A stretch of 32,000 nucleotides of DNA from Rappaport israeli (GTDB taxonomy: Bacteria > Pseudomonadota > Gammaproteobacteria > Cardiobacteriales > Cardiobacteriaceae): the NCBI RefSeq assembly GCF_001888055.1, contig NZ_LXHZ01000015.1, positions 18,552 to 50,551 on the forward strand, given 5' to 3'. The translations under genes and the position numbers were made by a program. The notes beneath the pieces are model-generated. The model was not told where the DNA came from. It made no database searches and saw only the letters and a list, made by a program, of their open reading frames with translations. Below, piece by piece: positions 1-9,890 of the stretch. Numbering within the stretch: the stretch's first letter is position 1; each line of letters opens with the position of its first letter.

Positions 1-309
1 TGGACGCTTGCTAAAGGCTTTGACGGCGCGGCGAGTGTATCGCAATTTATTCCTGCCTCAGAGTTAGAAATAAGCCAAGGTCTGCATTTCTCCCTCACCC
101 TTAACGGAGAAATTGTCCAACGTGGGCATAGCGCGGATATGCTGTGGACGATTGACGAGCAAATTGCCTACATTAGCCAGTTTTGTACTTTATCTGCAGG
201 AGATTTGCTCTTTACTGGCACGCCAGCAGGCGTTGGGCGCTTACACAGTGGGGATAATTTGCAACTAAATTTAATGGATAGTGTGCAGGCGGATTTTAAA
301 GTTTCGTAA
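1..309 (+). CDS. Fumarylacetoacetate hydrolase family protein, C-terminal part (5' end outside window)
   Basis: Frame 1 is open from base 1 to TAA 307-309: WTLAKGFDGAASVSQFIPASELE...ADMLWTIDEQIAYISQFCTLSAGDLLFTGTPAGVGRLHSGD. The 'GDLLFTGTPAGVG' motif is typical of the FAH family. Confidence 0.9.
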   Translation, partial: WTLAKGFDGAASVSQFIPASELEISQGLHFSLTLNGEIVQRGHSADMLWTIDEQIAYISQFCTLSAGDLLFTGTPAGVGRLHSGDNLQLNLMDSVQADFKVS

Positions 310-379
310 AGTGCCTTGATAAGTGCGCGCATTATCTTTTGAGGTGTTGAGCTGTTAGAATGCGCCGTTTTAATTATGG

Positions 380-718
380 GTGAGAAAGATGAGCGATTTG
401 GTGTGTCCACAATGTAGTAGTGATTATGCCTATCATGATGGGCTGAATAACGTCTGTCCAGAATGCAGTTTTGAATGGAACGAATACAGCGACTTAGAGG
501 ATACCCCCCAAGTATTGGATGTAAACGGTACGCCATTAGCCGATGGGGATAGCGTAACTTTGATTAAAGCGCTAAAACTTAAAGGCAGTTCTCAAGTGCT
601 AAAGCAAGGAACAAAGGTTAAAAATATTCGCCTAGTGCCTGAAGGCGACCATAATATTGATTGCAAAATTGACGGCTCGCCTATGATGCTTAAATCAGAG
701 TTCGTCAAGAAAAGTTAA
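380..718 (+). CDS. yjdM: PhnA/YjdM-family zinc-ribbon protein (start may be 389, [11 protein letters not shown])
   Basis: [27 protein letters not shown] plus a C-terminal [32 protein letters not shown] domain. Confidence 0.9.
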   Translation: MRKMSDLVCPQCSSDYAYHDGLNNVCPECSFEWNEYSDLEDTPQVLDVNGTPLADGDSVTLIKALKLKGSSQVLKQGTKVKNIRLVPEGDHNIDCKIDGSPMMLKSEFVKKS

Positions 719-857
719 CAGCATAATGATGAAGGAAAAATTACCGCAACCGCTACAAGCCCTGCATAAACGCTTGTATAATCGTCAACCATATTTGGCG
801 CTGATGCGCGGTAGTTGTAATTAAAATATTGTTAAATTTCAAAACCTAGGGCAAACG

Positions 858-1277
858 ATGAGCATTGCACAATTTATACAAGCCAATCTCTTTTTATTTA
901 TTCTATTAGGTGCGCTTATTGTCGCCATTATTGTTTATGAATGGCGTCAAAAAGGTCAGGGAGGCAAAACAATTAGCGCTTTAAATGCCTCTTTGTTGAT
1001 TAATCAAGGCGCTTATTTAATCGATACGCGCGCGCCCGCAGATTATAAAAAAGCACATATCGCAGGGGCGAAAAATCATCCTGCTGAACAGTTTGATGCC
1101 GACTTTAAGCGCATTAAAGCGTCTAAAGATAAGCCAGTGATTGTCTATTGTCAGATGGGATTGAGCGCTAAAACGCAGGCTCAATACTTGCGCGACCAAG
1201 GCTATCAAGAGGTGTATGTATTAAGCGGTGGGTTGCAAGGTTGGCATGAGGAGAATTTGCCCACAGTGAAAGGCTAG
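858..1277 (+). CDS. Rhodanese-like domain protein with N-terminal TM helix (YibN-like)
   Basis: N-terminal hydrophobic segment; LIDTRAPADYKKAHIAGAKNHP and catalytic-loop CQMGLSAKTQAQYLRDQGY. Confidence 0.87.
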   Translation: MSIAQFIQANLFLFILLGALIVAIIVYEWRQKGQGGKTISALNASLLINQGAYLIDTRAPADYKKAHIAGAKNHPAEQFDADFKRIKASKDKPVIVYCQMGLSAKTQAQYLRDQGYQEVYVLSGGLQGWHEENLPTVKG

Positions 1278-1327
1278 GCACTCAATACGAGCTTATTTCT
1301 ATTTTTATTTTTTAAGTTGAGGAAGTT

Positions 1328-1582
1328 ATGAAACCAGTAGAACTTTATATTAAAACCACTTGCCCTTATTGCCAGCGGGCGTTGCAATTATTAGATGATA
1401 AAGGCGTGCGCTATAGCACGGTGAATTTGCTTCAATTTCCTGAGCGTCGCGATGAGATGATTGAGCGCGCCAATGGACGCACGACTGTGCCGCAAATTTT
1501 TATCGGTGAAACGCATGTTGGCGGATTTGATGATTTAAATGCGCTAGAAAAAGCTGGCAAACTTGATGCGTTATTGGCGTAA
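1328..1582 (+). CDS. grxC: Glutaredoxin 3
   Basis: 84 aa with CPYC active site, TVPQIFIGETHVGGFDDL. Confidence 0.93.
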   Translation: MKPVELYIKTTCPYCQRALQLLDDKGVRYSTVNLLQFPERRDEMIERANGRTTVPQIFIGETHVGGFDDLNALEKAGKLDALLA

Positions 1583-1587
1583 ATGAA

Positions 1588-2837
1588 ATGCGCTTATTAC
1601 CCAGTCGTATTGGTTTGCGCTATAGCTACGCGCGCCGTGGAAGTCAGTTTATCGGGCTAAACTCTATTTTAGCGATTATTGGTATTACCATCGGCATTGC
1701 GGCATTGATTGCGGTGTTGTCGGTGATGAATGGGGTGGTAACTGAGGTGCGCGATAAGATGTTATCGATGACAGCGCATGTTTCTTTGCGCCCGAGTTTT
1801 AGTGAGACCATTGCGCCTGATTTTGATGCGGGCGCTTCTTTGGCGGGGATAAAAGAAGTGCTGGCTTATGCGCCTTTTGTGCAGGGTCAGGGTCTAATTG
1901 GCGATGGCAATCGCTTTCAAGGTGTGCTGATTCAAGGGGTGGATGCAAACGAACAGGGCAAGGTATCCAGCGCTTTTGCCAATATTGATGAGGCGGTTAA
2001 GGCTAAATTGCAACCTGAGCAATTCAATATCATTTTGGGCAAGGGTTTGGTGGCGCGCTTAAATGCCCAAGTTGGCGATAAAATCACCGTTATTGTGCCT
2101 CAGGTGAGCGCTTCAGCGGTGGGGCTATTGCCGCGCTTAAAGCGTTTTACTTTAATTGGGACGTTTGTCAGCGGGCATAGTCAGTTTGATAGTCAAGTGG
2201 CGCTCGTTTCAGCGGCAGATGCAGCAAAATTATTGCAATTGCCTGAGGGAGTAACGGGCTATCAGATTATGCTAGATGATGCGCTTAAAGCGCCAGTGGT
2301 GCGCGAGCGACTCAATCATAGCGGGCGGTTAGCGCCAGAGGTTTATGCCAGTGATTGGAGTATTGACCAAGCTTCTTATTTTAGTGCGGTGCAAACAGAA
2401 AAAAATGCCATGTTTATTATCTTGAGCTTGATTATTATTGTGGCGGCGTTTGGTTTGTTGTCGTCGATGTATATGGTGGTTACGGAGAAAAAACGTGATA
2501 TTGCCATTTTGCGCACAATGGGATTAACGCGCGGGCAAATTCGGCAAGTGTTTTTAACCCAAGGCATGATTTTTGGCGGGTTGGGAACACTGTTAGGCAT
2601 TGGTTTGGGGGTGGTGATTTCGTGGAATATTCCGCCATTATGGGATTCTTGGAACGGCAAACGGGGTATCAATTACCGCAAGACATGTATTTTATTTCGC
2701 AGTTAACCGCTAAAGTTGACCCTGCGGTGGTGTTGGGGGTAACGGTGATTACGTTATTGTTGACGTTGTTATTTTCTGTGATTCCTGCACAAATTGCTGC
2801 TAAAACTGAACCAGCGAGAGCGCTTTCTCATGAATGA
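1588..2837 (+). CDS. lolC: Lipoprotein-releasing ABC transporter permease LolC/LolE, split by an apparent frameshift near 2632-2636
   Basis: ORF 1588..2706 (LNSILAIIGITIGIAALIAVLSVMNGVV...DIAILRTMGLTRGQIRQVFLTQGMIFG) continues in another frame as ORF 2622..2837 (IMGFLERQTGYQLPQDMYFISQL...PAQIAAKTEPARALSHE). It is followed directly by lolD. Confidence 0.88.
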
Positions 2838-3555
2838 TGCGGTATTAAACGAGACATTAAAACAGGGGCAGGATTGCGTGTTATCGGTGCGTAATCTTCA
2901 ATTTTCTTATCAGCAGAAAAATTCAGAACCCTTGCATATTTTGCAAGGGGTGGATTTATGTTTGCGTGCTGGTGAGAGTGTGGCGATTGTGGGCGCCTCA
3001 GGCTCGGGGAAAAGTACGTTATTACATCTTTTGGCAGGATTGGATACGCCAAATGGCGGAGAGGTTTCTATTGCTGGCGAGGTGTTGAGTGCCGCTTCAG
3101 ATACTCGGCGCAGTCAGTTGCGCAATCGTTATATGGGGTTTGTCTATCAATTTCACCATTTATTGCCAGAGTTTAGCGCGTTAGAAAATGTTGCCATGCC
3201 GTTGCGGATTGCTGGATTGAGCGCTAAAAAAGCGCAAGCACGCGCGCAACTGTTGCTTAATGAGGTGGGATTGGAGGCGCGGACTGGGCATTTGCCAGCA
3301 CAATTATCAGGTGGGGAGCGTCAGCGGGTGGCGATTGCGCGTGCGCTGGTTAATGAACCAACTTGTCTATTAGCAGATGAACCTACAGGGAATTTAGATG
3401 AAAATAATGCAGCGCAGGCTTTTGCGTTGATGCGGCGGATTGTTACGGCGCAAAATAATGCGATGATTGTGGTAACACATGATATGTCGTTGGCGCTTCA
3501 GATGGATCGTTGTTTTTATTTGCTTAATGGGCGCTTGCAACCTTATCAGGCATAA
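2830..3555 (+). CDS. lolD: Lipoprotein-releasing system ATP-binding protein LolD
   Basis: Walker A GASGSGKST, LSGGERQRVAIARALVNEP, LLADEPTGNLD. The ATG at 2830 overlaps the end of lolC/E. Confidence 0.93.
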   Translation: MNDAVLNETLKQGQDCVLSVRNLQFSYQQKNSEPLHILQGVDLCLRAGESVAIVGASGSGKSTLLHLLAGLDTPNGGEVSIAGEVLSAASDTRRSQLRNRYMGFVYQFHHLLPEFSALENVAMPLRIAGLSAKKAQARAQLLLNEVGLEARTGHLPAQLSGGERQRVAIARALVNEPTCLLADEPTGNLDENNAAQAFALMRRIVTAQNNAMIVVTHDMSLALQMDRCFYLLNGRLQPYQA

Positions 3556-3700
3556 TCCAAATTTTAATAAGGTTAGATGCTAAGGGAGAGCTGTCTGCTG
3601 ATGCGCGCGGTCAAATGGTTGGATTTGACAGTGGCGCTACTTCATGGCGATTTCTTTGTTTTTTCCTCATTCTTAGCGCTTTAATGCTTCGTATTTGAGA

Positions 3701-4165
3701 TTATTTGTGTTCTAGGCGTTTTTGTAGGGCGCGTTTTTTGCGGGTGCGTTTGTATAAAACAATAGTGAATCGCCACCAATAATAAACGACCATGTAGGTG
3801 AGGGCGCCAGCAATAATGCCGACGATGATAGAGCCTGAAAATAAGGGCATGAGAATTCTGCCACTAAAGGCAACCAGCTTATCTTCACTAAAAGATTCTG
3901 GGTTGAGCGAGTGGGCGGGCATATGTAATAGCCATACGCCAATGCGGTAGTTGAAATAATAAATTGGAACGGCGGTAAAAGGGTTGCTCCATAAGGTGAA
4001 GAGGACGGCACAGGGAAGGTTAACGCGCATTAGGCAGGCGGCAAGCGCTGCCATGGGCATTTGAATGGGAAGGGGAAGAGTGCCAAAAAAAGCTCCAATG
4101 GCGGCGGCAGAACTAATAGAAAAGCGATTGACGCGCCAGATGGCAACATTACCTAGGCGACTCAT
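3701..4165 (-). CDS. DUF2062 domain-containing membrane protein
   Basis: SISSAAAIGAFFGTLPLPIQMPMAALAACLMRVNLPCAVLFTLWSNPFTAVPIYYFNYRIG matches the DUF2062 pattern. Confidence 0.82.
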   Translation of the reverse strand: MSRLGNVAIWRVNRFSISSAAAIGAFFGTLPLPIQMPMAALAACLMRVNLPCAVLFTLWSNPFTAVPIYYFNYRIGVWLLHMPAHSLNPESFSEDKLVAFSGRILMPLFSGSIIVGIIAGALTYMVVYYWWRFTIVLYKRTRKKRALQKRLEHK

Positions 4166-4325
4166 GATGGGTTTGAGGATGCGGTAGGTTTTGAGTTTGT
4201 CGCGACTTGGGAGAATGCGTTTGAAAAGAATTTTGCCATGGGGTTGGGAATGAATTGTACAAAATCGCCTATTTTAACGTATTTGACGCGAAGTATTGGA
4301 TTTATCTGTTAGGTGTTAGGAGCTA

Positions 4326-6173
4326 ATGCAGATGGGGAAGGTGTTGGGTGTGGTGGTGTTGGCGATGGGGTTGGCGTATGTGGTGGGTGTGCCAAGTGTT
4401 GGGTGGGCATGGGGAATTTTGCTGCTGGCGGTGTTGGTGGCAGGGATTTGTGTGTGTATGCGGTGGGTTGGTGGGGTTTGGCTGTGTGGGTTTGTGGCGG
4501 TATATGCTTGGGGTGGGGTGCAACAGGCGCAGCAGTGGCATCAGTTGGCGTTGTTAAATCAGCAGGCGCGCTGTGAGGCGGTGGTGCAGGTGGTGGATTT
4601 TGCGCGGGCGTCTGTGCCTGTGGGGCAGCGGGTTGCTGGGGTGGTGGTAGAAGCTAAAAGCTGTCCGTTGGTTGATGGTGCGCGGTTGTTATTGCGCGAT
4701 TATGAGCGGTTATCTTGGGAGTTGGGTGGGGTGTATGCCGTGGGATTGCATTTGGCGGCGCGCGCTCAGGAGTTGCGCAAGGGGAAGGCGGCAATTTCGG
4801 CAACGGTGGTGGATGCGCCTAGATTGGTCTCTATGAAAGGTGGGGGCTTGGCGTTGCGCGCGGGGTTAGCGCAAAGGATTGAGGCGCGTTATGCTCAGCA
4901 GACGCGTCGCTGGTGGCAGGCGTTGTTGATTGGAGGGCGGCAGGATTTATCAACGCAGGATTGGGCGGTGTTGCGTCGTAGTGCGACGGCGCATTTATTG
5001 GCGATTTCGGGATTGCATTTGGCGTTGGTGGCTTTGGCGGTTTTTTGGTTGGTGCAGGGGGTTGCGGCGTATTGTGGGGGATTGCAACTCGCGTTGCCCC
5101 TCGTTCTTTGGCGCTTGTGGCGGCTTTGGTGGTGGGGTTGGTTTATGTGGGGGTGAGTGGGGCGCAAGCGCCTGTGGTGCGGGCGTGGTGGATGTTTGCG
5201 TTATGGGCTGGGCATTGGTTTTATGCGCCGTTGCGTGGTGGTTTGTTGGCGTTGATGCTAACGGCGGTGGGGTTGTTGCTCTATGATGGGGCGATTCTTT
5301 TTAGTGCGAGTGCGTGGTTGTCGTTTTATGCAACCGCGGTGGTGATTGTGTTGTATCGGCGCTATCACAGACGGCGTCCGTTGGCGATTTGGTGGCGGGT
5401 GCAGTTGGGGTTGACGCTGGCATTGTTGCCGCTTGGGTGGGCGATTTTTGGTGGGGTGAGTGTGGTGGGGTTTGGGGGTGAATTTGTTATTGGTGCCGTG
5501 GTTGGGTGTGGTGTTGTTTATGGGGTATTTGGGCTTGGTGTGGGCGTGGGCGGCGCCTTGGGCGGATGCGATGATGGGGTTGTTTTTGCAGACGATGTCG
5601 TTTTTTGCGCAGTGGGAATGGAGCTATATTGTGCCGCGCTGGCAGCCTAATGTGGCGTTGGCTGGGGTGTGGTGTGCGGGGGTGTTGTTGGCATTATTAG
5701 GGCAATGGCGATGGGTGTGGGGCGCTTTGGGATTGGCACTGATGTTGGCGGTTGGGCAGTTATGGCCGCGTATGGATTATGTGGTGCTAAGAGAGCGTCC
5801 ATTGCTTGCTGTGATTACGCAGGGGCGGCAGGCGTTTGTGGTAAATGCAGGGTATCGGCATCACAAGGGGATAGATGAGGTGGAGACATTGGTGTTGCCA
5901 TTGGTGCGCCAGCGTGGGTTGTCGGTGGCGGCGGTGTTGTTGTTAGAGGATAGCAAGCGCGCGACAACAGGGTTAATCACGCTAAAAACATATGCGCCTG
6001 AGATGGCAGTTTATACGTTGCGACCGTTGTTATCCTTGCCTTTTGAAAGCGTGTATTGTCCACAAGAGGCGGTTTCGGGCGTGGTGTTTTATCGCAAACG
6101 GCAGTGTGAGGCGCTTGTTGGGGGGCGTTTTGTGGTCAATACGCAGGGGGTGTGGGAGGTGTTTAGGCAATAA
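4326..6173 (+). CDS. comEC: ComEC/Rec2-family DNA uptake channel, interrupted by apparent frameshifts near 5060-5100 and 5465-5480
   Basis: Three consecutive + frames (4326.., 5045.., 5460..6173) join into one protein: ...RRSATAHLLAISGLHLALVALAVFWLV... (ComEC signature), APRSLALVAALVVGLVYVGVSGAQAPVVRAWWMFA, LLLVPWLGVVLFMGYLGL. Confidence 0.85.
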
Positions 6174-6245
6174 GGGGTGAAAAAGCGTTGGTGAATGTGG
6201 GTAAAAGCATTAAACTATCGCCTTTATTTTCAATTAGTAGAGTGT

Positions 6246-7082
6246 ATGAACGACGATTGTGAACCGAAATCGCCTTCTTGGGTGCAACGCCTTTCCTCTC
6301 TTTGGTCAGATAATCCTTCAACAGAGGGACATTTGCAGGAGTTTTCTGAAGTTTTGATGCGTTTGCGTGAAAATCAATTATTAAACGATGATACGGCTGC
6401 GATGATGGAATCGCTGTTGCATATTTCTGAAACGCAGGTGCGCGATATTATGGTGCCACGTGGGCAAATGGTGGTGATTGAAAAGGATTGGTCAATTGAG
6501 AAAATTGTGGCGGTGATTTTAGAGTCTGGGCATTCGCGCTATCCTGTGGTTGATGAGGCGCATGAGCGCTTGCATGGGATTTTATTGAGTAAGGATTTGC
6601 TTCCGTTATTAAGTGAAAAAGCGCAGGCGCAGGATTGTTTAAATCGCATTCGTCCTGCAACGATTGTCCCTGAGAGTAAGCCACTAGATGCGATGTTGCG
6701 TGAGTTTCGCATTAATCGTAATCATATGGCGTTGGTGATTGATGAATACGGTAATTTATCTGGATTGGTAACCATCGAGGATGTGATTGAGGAAATTGTT
6801 GGCGAGATTGATGATGAGCATGATAAGGTCGCCGATATTAATATTTTGGATAATGGCGATGGTAGTTATCAAGTTAAGGCGCTAACCGATATTGAAGAGG
6901 TCAATGAGGCGTTGGGGCTAAATTTGAGCAATGAAGACGTCGATACGATTGGGGGCTATATTTTGATGCAGATGGAGCGCATGCCTGTTGTGGGCGAAAC
7001 GCTAACATTTGACGGTTGGCATATAACGATTACTAAAGCCAATCAGCGCCGAATTATTAGCATTTTAATGCGCCCTGAATAG
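6246..7082 (+). CDS. corC: HlyC/CorC-family CBS-domain protein (YbeX/CorC-like)
   Basis: VRDIMVPRGQMVVIEKDWSIEKIVAVILESGHSRYPV, HMALVIDEYGNLSGLVTIEDVIEEIVGEIDDEHD. Confidence 0.92.
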   Translation: MNDDCEPKSPSWVQRLSSLWSDNPSTEGHLQEFSEVLMRLRENQLLNDDTAAMMESLLHISETQVRDIMVPRGQMVVIEKDWSIEKIVAVILESGHSRYPVVDEAHERLHGILLSKDLLPLLSEKAQAQDCLNRIRPATIVPESKPLDAMLREFRINRNHMALVIDEYGNLSGLVTIEDVIEEIVGEIDDEHDKVADINILDNGDGSYQVKALTDIEEVNEALGLNLSNEDVDTIGGYILMQMERMPVVGETLTFDGWHITITKANQRRIISILMRPE

Positions 7083-7092
7083 GGCGTTTTTT
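7071..7092 (+). terminator. Rho-independent terminator overlapping the corC stop codon
   Basis: CGCCCT-GAAT-AGGGCG followed by TTTTTT. Confidence 0.8.
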
Positions 7093-7299
7093 ATTGGGGG
7101 TCGCTAAGATTTTTTGATGGCACGATGCTGGGAGTTTAGATTTAAGGTTGATAAGGGGATTTCTACCGCTAGTGCCGAGGGAATTGACTAAAATATTTAG
7201 CTGGGTGCGTTGCTTTGTTAATGTGCTTTTGTGCATAGGCAATAGATAATTTTTGCCACTGCTTACTTGGGGCAGTGGCAAAAATAGGGTTAGAGTGAG

Positions 7300-8807
7300 T
7301 TAGTCGTTTGAAGTGGGCATAGAGAAGGCTGAGTTTTGTTCACTGGGCGCATTCCAGCGTTGCATAATGGATTTTTGCTTGGTGTAAAAACGTACGCCTT
7401 CTTCGCCGTAGGCGTGCATATCGCCAAATAAACTGCTTTTCCAACCGCCAAAACCATGCCACGCCATTGGGACGGGAATGGGGACGTTGATGCCGACCAT
7501 GCCTGCTTGAACTTCTTGGGCGAAGCGGTGGGCGATGTGTCCGCTATTAGTGTAGCAGACGGCGCCGTTACCAAATGGATGCTCATTAATCAGTTCAAGT
7601 GCTTCGTCAAAATTGGCGACGCGTACGCATGATAAAACGGGTCCGAATATTTCTTCTTGGTAGATACTCATGTTCTTTTGTACATGGTCAAATAGGGTTG
7701 CGCCTATCCAATAGCCGTTTTCGCAATCTTGACCAGCATCTTTGGGGTTAAATTCTCGTCCATCAACAATTAGGGTTGCGCCTTGTTCAACGCCTCTTTG
7801 GATGTAGTTCTGGATGCGTTCTAATGCGGAGGGGTTAATGATTGGCCCCATATCGGCGTGGGACTGTTTGCCGTCTAGGATGTTTAATTGGCTAATACGT
7901 TGGCGCAATTGTTCAATAACTTTATCACCAATCTCCCCGACTAATAGGCAACAGATATCGCCATGCATCGTTCGCCAGCACTGCCATAAGCAGCGCCCAT
8001 GAGTGCATCGCAGGCTTTATCAAGGTCGGTGTCGGGCATGATAATCATATGATTTTTTGCACCACCAAGTGCTTGAACCCGTTTACCATGGTGAGCGGAT
8101 TTTTCATAGATGGCGTTGGCGATTGGGGTTGAGCCAACGAAGCTTATGGCTTTGATATCAGGGTGTTCAATTAGGGCATCAACAGTTGTTTTATCGCCTT
8201 GAACGACGTTGAAAACGCCGTCTTCTAATCCAGCTTCACTGAGTAGTTCGGCAAGTAATAGACTAACACTTGGGTCGTTAGGACTTGGTTTTAAAATAAA
8301 AGTGTTGCCACAAGCAAGCGCTATGGGGAACATCCACATGGGTACCATGGCTGGGAAATTAAAGGGGGTGATTCCTGCGACAACGCCGAGTGGTTGACGA
8401 ATGGTCCAATTATCAATATTAGAGGCAACGCGTTCGCTGTATTGTCCTTTGAGGAGTTGGGGAATGGCGCAGGCAAATTCAACGATTTCAATGCCGCGCA
8501 TGACTTCACCTTTGGCGTCGCTAAAAACTTTGCCATGCTCTTCGGTGATGATTTGTGCGAGTTGGTCGTGATGTTGGTTGAGTAGTTGTAAAAAGCGCAT
8601 GAGGATGCGAGCACGTTTTACTGCTGGGGTTGTTGACCATTGTGGGAAAGCATCTTTGGCAGCTTGAACGGCTTGGTTAACGTCTGAGTGTGTAGCAAGT
8701 AGTACCTCTTTGTTGCTGCTGCCATAGGCAGGGTTGTAGATATTTTGTTTTTGACTGGAGTTTGCATTGGTGCGTTGTCCGTTGATGTAGTGATTGATAA
8801 TTTGCAT
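7300..8807 (-). CDS. iolA: Methylmalonate-semialdehyde dehydrogenase (CoA-acylating), split by an apparent frameshift near 7947
   Basis: ORF 7941..8807 ([46 protein letters not shown]...[13 protein letters not shown]) continues as ORF 7300..7968 ([14 protein letters not shown]...[35 protein letters not shown]). Inserting one base at GG 7947-7948 restores the frame. Confidence 0.92.
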
Positions 8808-8834
8808 GGTTTCTCCTTAGATATGAATTTAGAA

Positions 8835-9890
8835 TTAAGGGGTTGGCGTTAGATTTTGTATTTGCCCGCTGCGAAGGGATTGGGTGAGTGCAATGGCAAT
8901 TCGGGTGGCTTCAGTGGCATCGTTTAGAGTGAGCGGTGGGGGGATTTTGCCAAGGCAGGCGTTGCTAAAGGCTTGTAGCTCATTGATAAATGCTTGTTCA
9001 AAACGGGTAAAAAAATCTTCAAAACAATGGTGGGTTACGCCGTGGGCGTCGCTTTGGATGACAGCATGGCGCATAGCGCCGAGTCCAACGAGTAACTTGC
9101 CATCCGTGGCAATGATCTCACTGCTGGTTTCATGACCATGGGCGAAGGTGCGAGAGGCATAGAGATTGGCGAGTTGTCCGTTTGTAAATACGATGGTGCT
9201 AATGGCGTTGTCTACATCTTGATACTTGGAAAGTTCAGGATGTTTGGCGCAGGTGCCTGAGGCATAGACGTGACGGACTGTGGGGGCGTTGCCATGTTTA
9301 TCAGCGAGTAGCCAACGTGCCAGATCGATATCGTGAATGTTGCAATCTAGGATAATCCCACCTGAGCTTTGCGAAAATTTAACAAAAAATCCACTAGGGT
9401 CGAATTTGTCACAGGTCTGTGAGCGAATGTAGAAGGGTTGACCAATTTTCCCTGCATCAATACTGGCTTTGGCGGCGAGATAATGTGGGTCAAAGCGCCG
9501 TACAAAACCAACCATGGCAATTTGTTTAGGATAGCGTTGCTGGGTTTGTTGATAGGTCTTTTCAACTATTTGGCAGTCAGCTAGATTTAGTGCTAGCGGT
9601 TTTTCAACCAATAGATGCTTGCCTGCTTGCAGTACTTGGATACTTTGTTGAGCATGTTGGTCTGTGGGGGTGGCTAGAACAACGGCATCGAGTTCAGGGG
9701 TGGTGAGTAATTCTTCTAAGGTTGTATAGACATGGGGAATATTTAGGGTTTGCTGGGCGTATTGTTGCTCGTGAGTTTCAGGGCTGGCGGCGGCAATAAG
9801 GCGAACATTGGCAATGTGCTGGCACAAATTCTGTGCGTGACGCTTGCCTAGTCTTCCTAAGCCGACAATGCCGATGTTTAATCTTGTCAT
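8835..9890 (-). CDS. Gfo/Idh/MocA-family oxidoreductase, probable inositol dehydrogenase paralogue
   Basis: LNIGIVGLGRLGKRHAQNL, EKPLALNLADCQ, GFVRRFDPHYLAAK, GGIILDCNIHDIDLARWLL; located inside the iol operon. Confidence 0.88.
   Translation of the reverse strand: MTRLNIGIVGLGRLGKRHAQNLCQHIANVRLIAAASPETHEQQYAQQTLNIPHVYTTLEELLTTPELDAVVLATPTDQHAQQSIQVLQAGKHLLVEKPLALNLADCQIVEKTYQQTQQRYPKQIAMVGFVRRFDPHYLAAKASIDAGKIGQPFYIRSQTCDKFDPSGFFVKFSQSSGGIILDCNIHDIDLARWLLADKHGNAPTVRHVYASGTCAKHPELSKYQDVDNAISTIVFTNGQLANLYASRTFAHGHETSSEIIATDGKLLVGLGAMRHAVIQSDAHGVTHHCFEDFFTRFEQAFINELQAFSNACLGKIPPPLTLNDATEATRIAIALTQSLRSGQIQNLTPTP

Noticed and set aside
725-826. Short ORF MMKEKLPQPLQALHKRLYNRQPYLALMRGSCN
   Set aside because: Too short, no recognisable family; could be chance or a remnant.
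810-837. dif-like 28-mer GGTAGTTGTAATTAAAATATTGTTAAAT
   Set aside because: The XerD-side arm matches E. coli dif at 9/11, but the XerC-side arm matches only about 6/11 and the inner palindrome is absent. In AT-rich intergenic DNA this is not convincing.
3601-3684. 27-aa ORF MRAVKWLDLTVALLHGDFFVFSSFLAL and a 7-nt inverted repeat GTCAAAT-GGTTGG-ATTTGAC
   Set aside because: Short arms and short ORF, no RBS or homology support.
4313-5286. Overlapping + and - strand ORFs across comEC (e.g. 4313..4576, 4323..4541, 4895..5167, 4930..5286)
   Set aside because: Low-complexity translations caused by the extreme G/T composition; the ComEC frame has the only conserved motifs.
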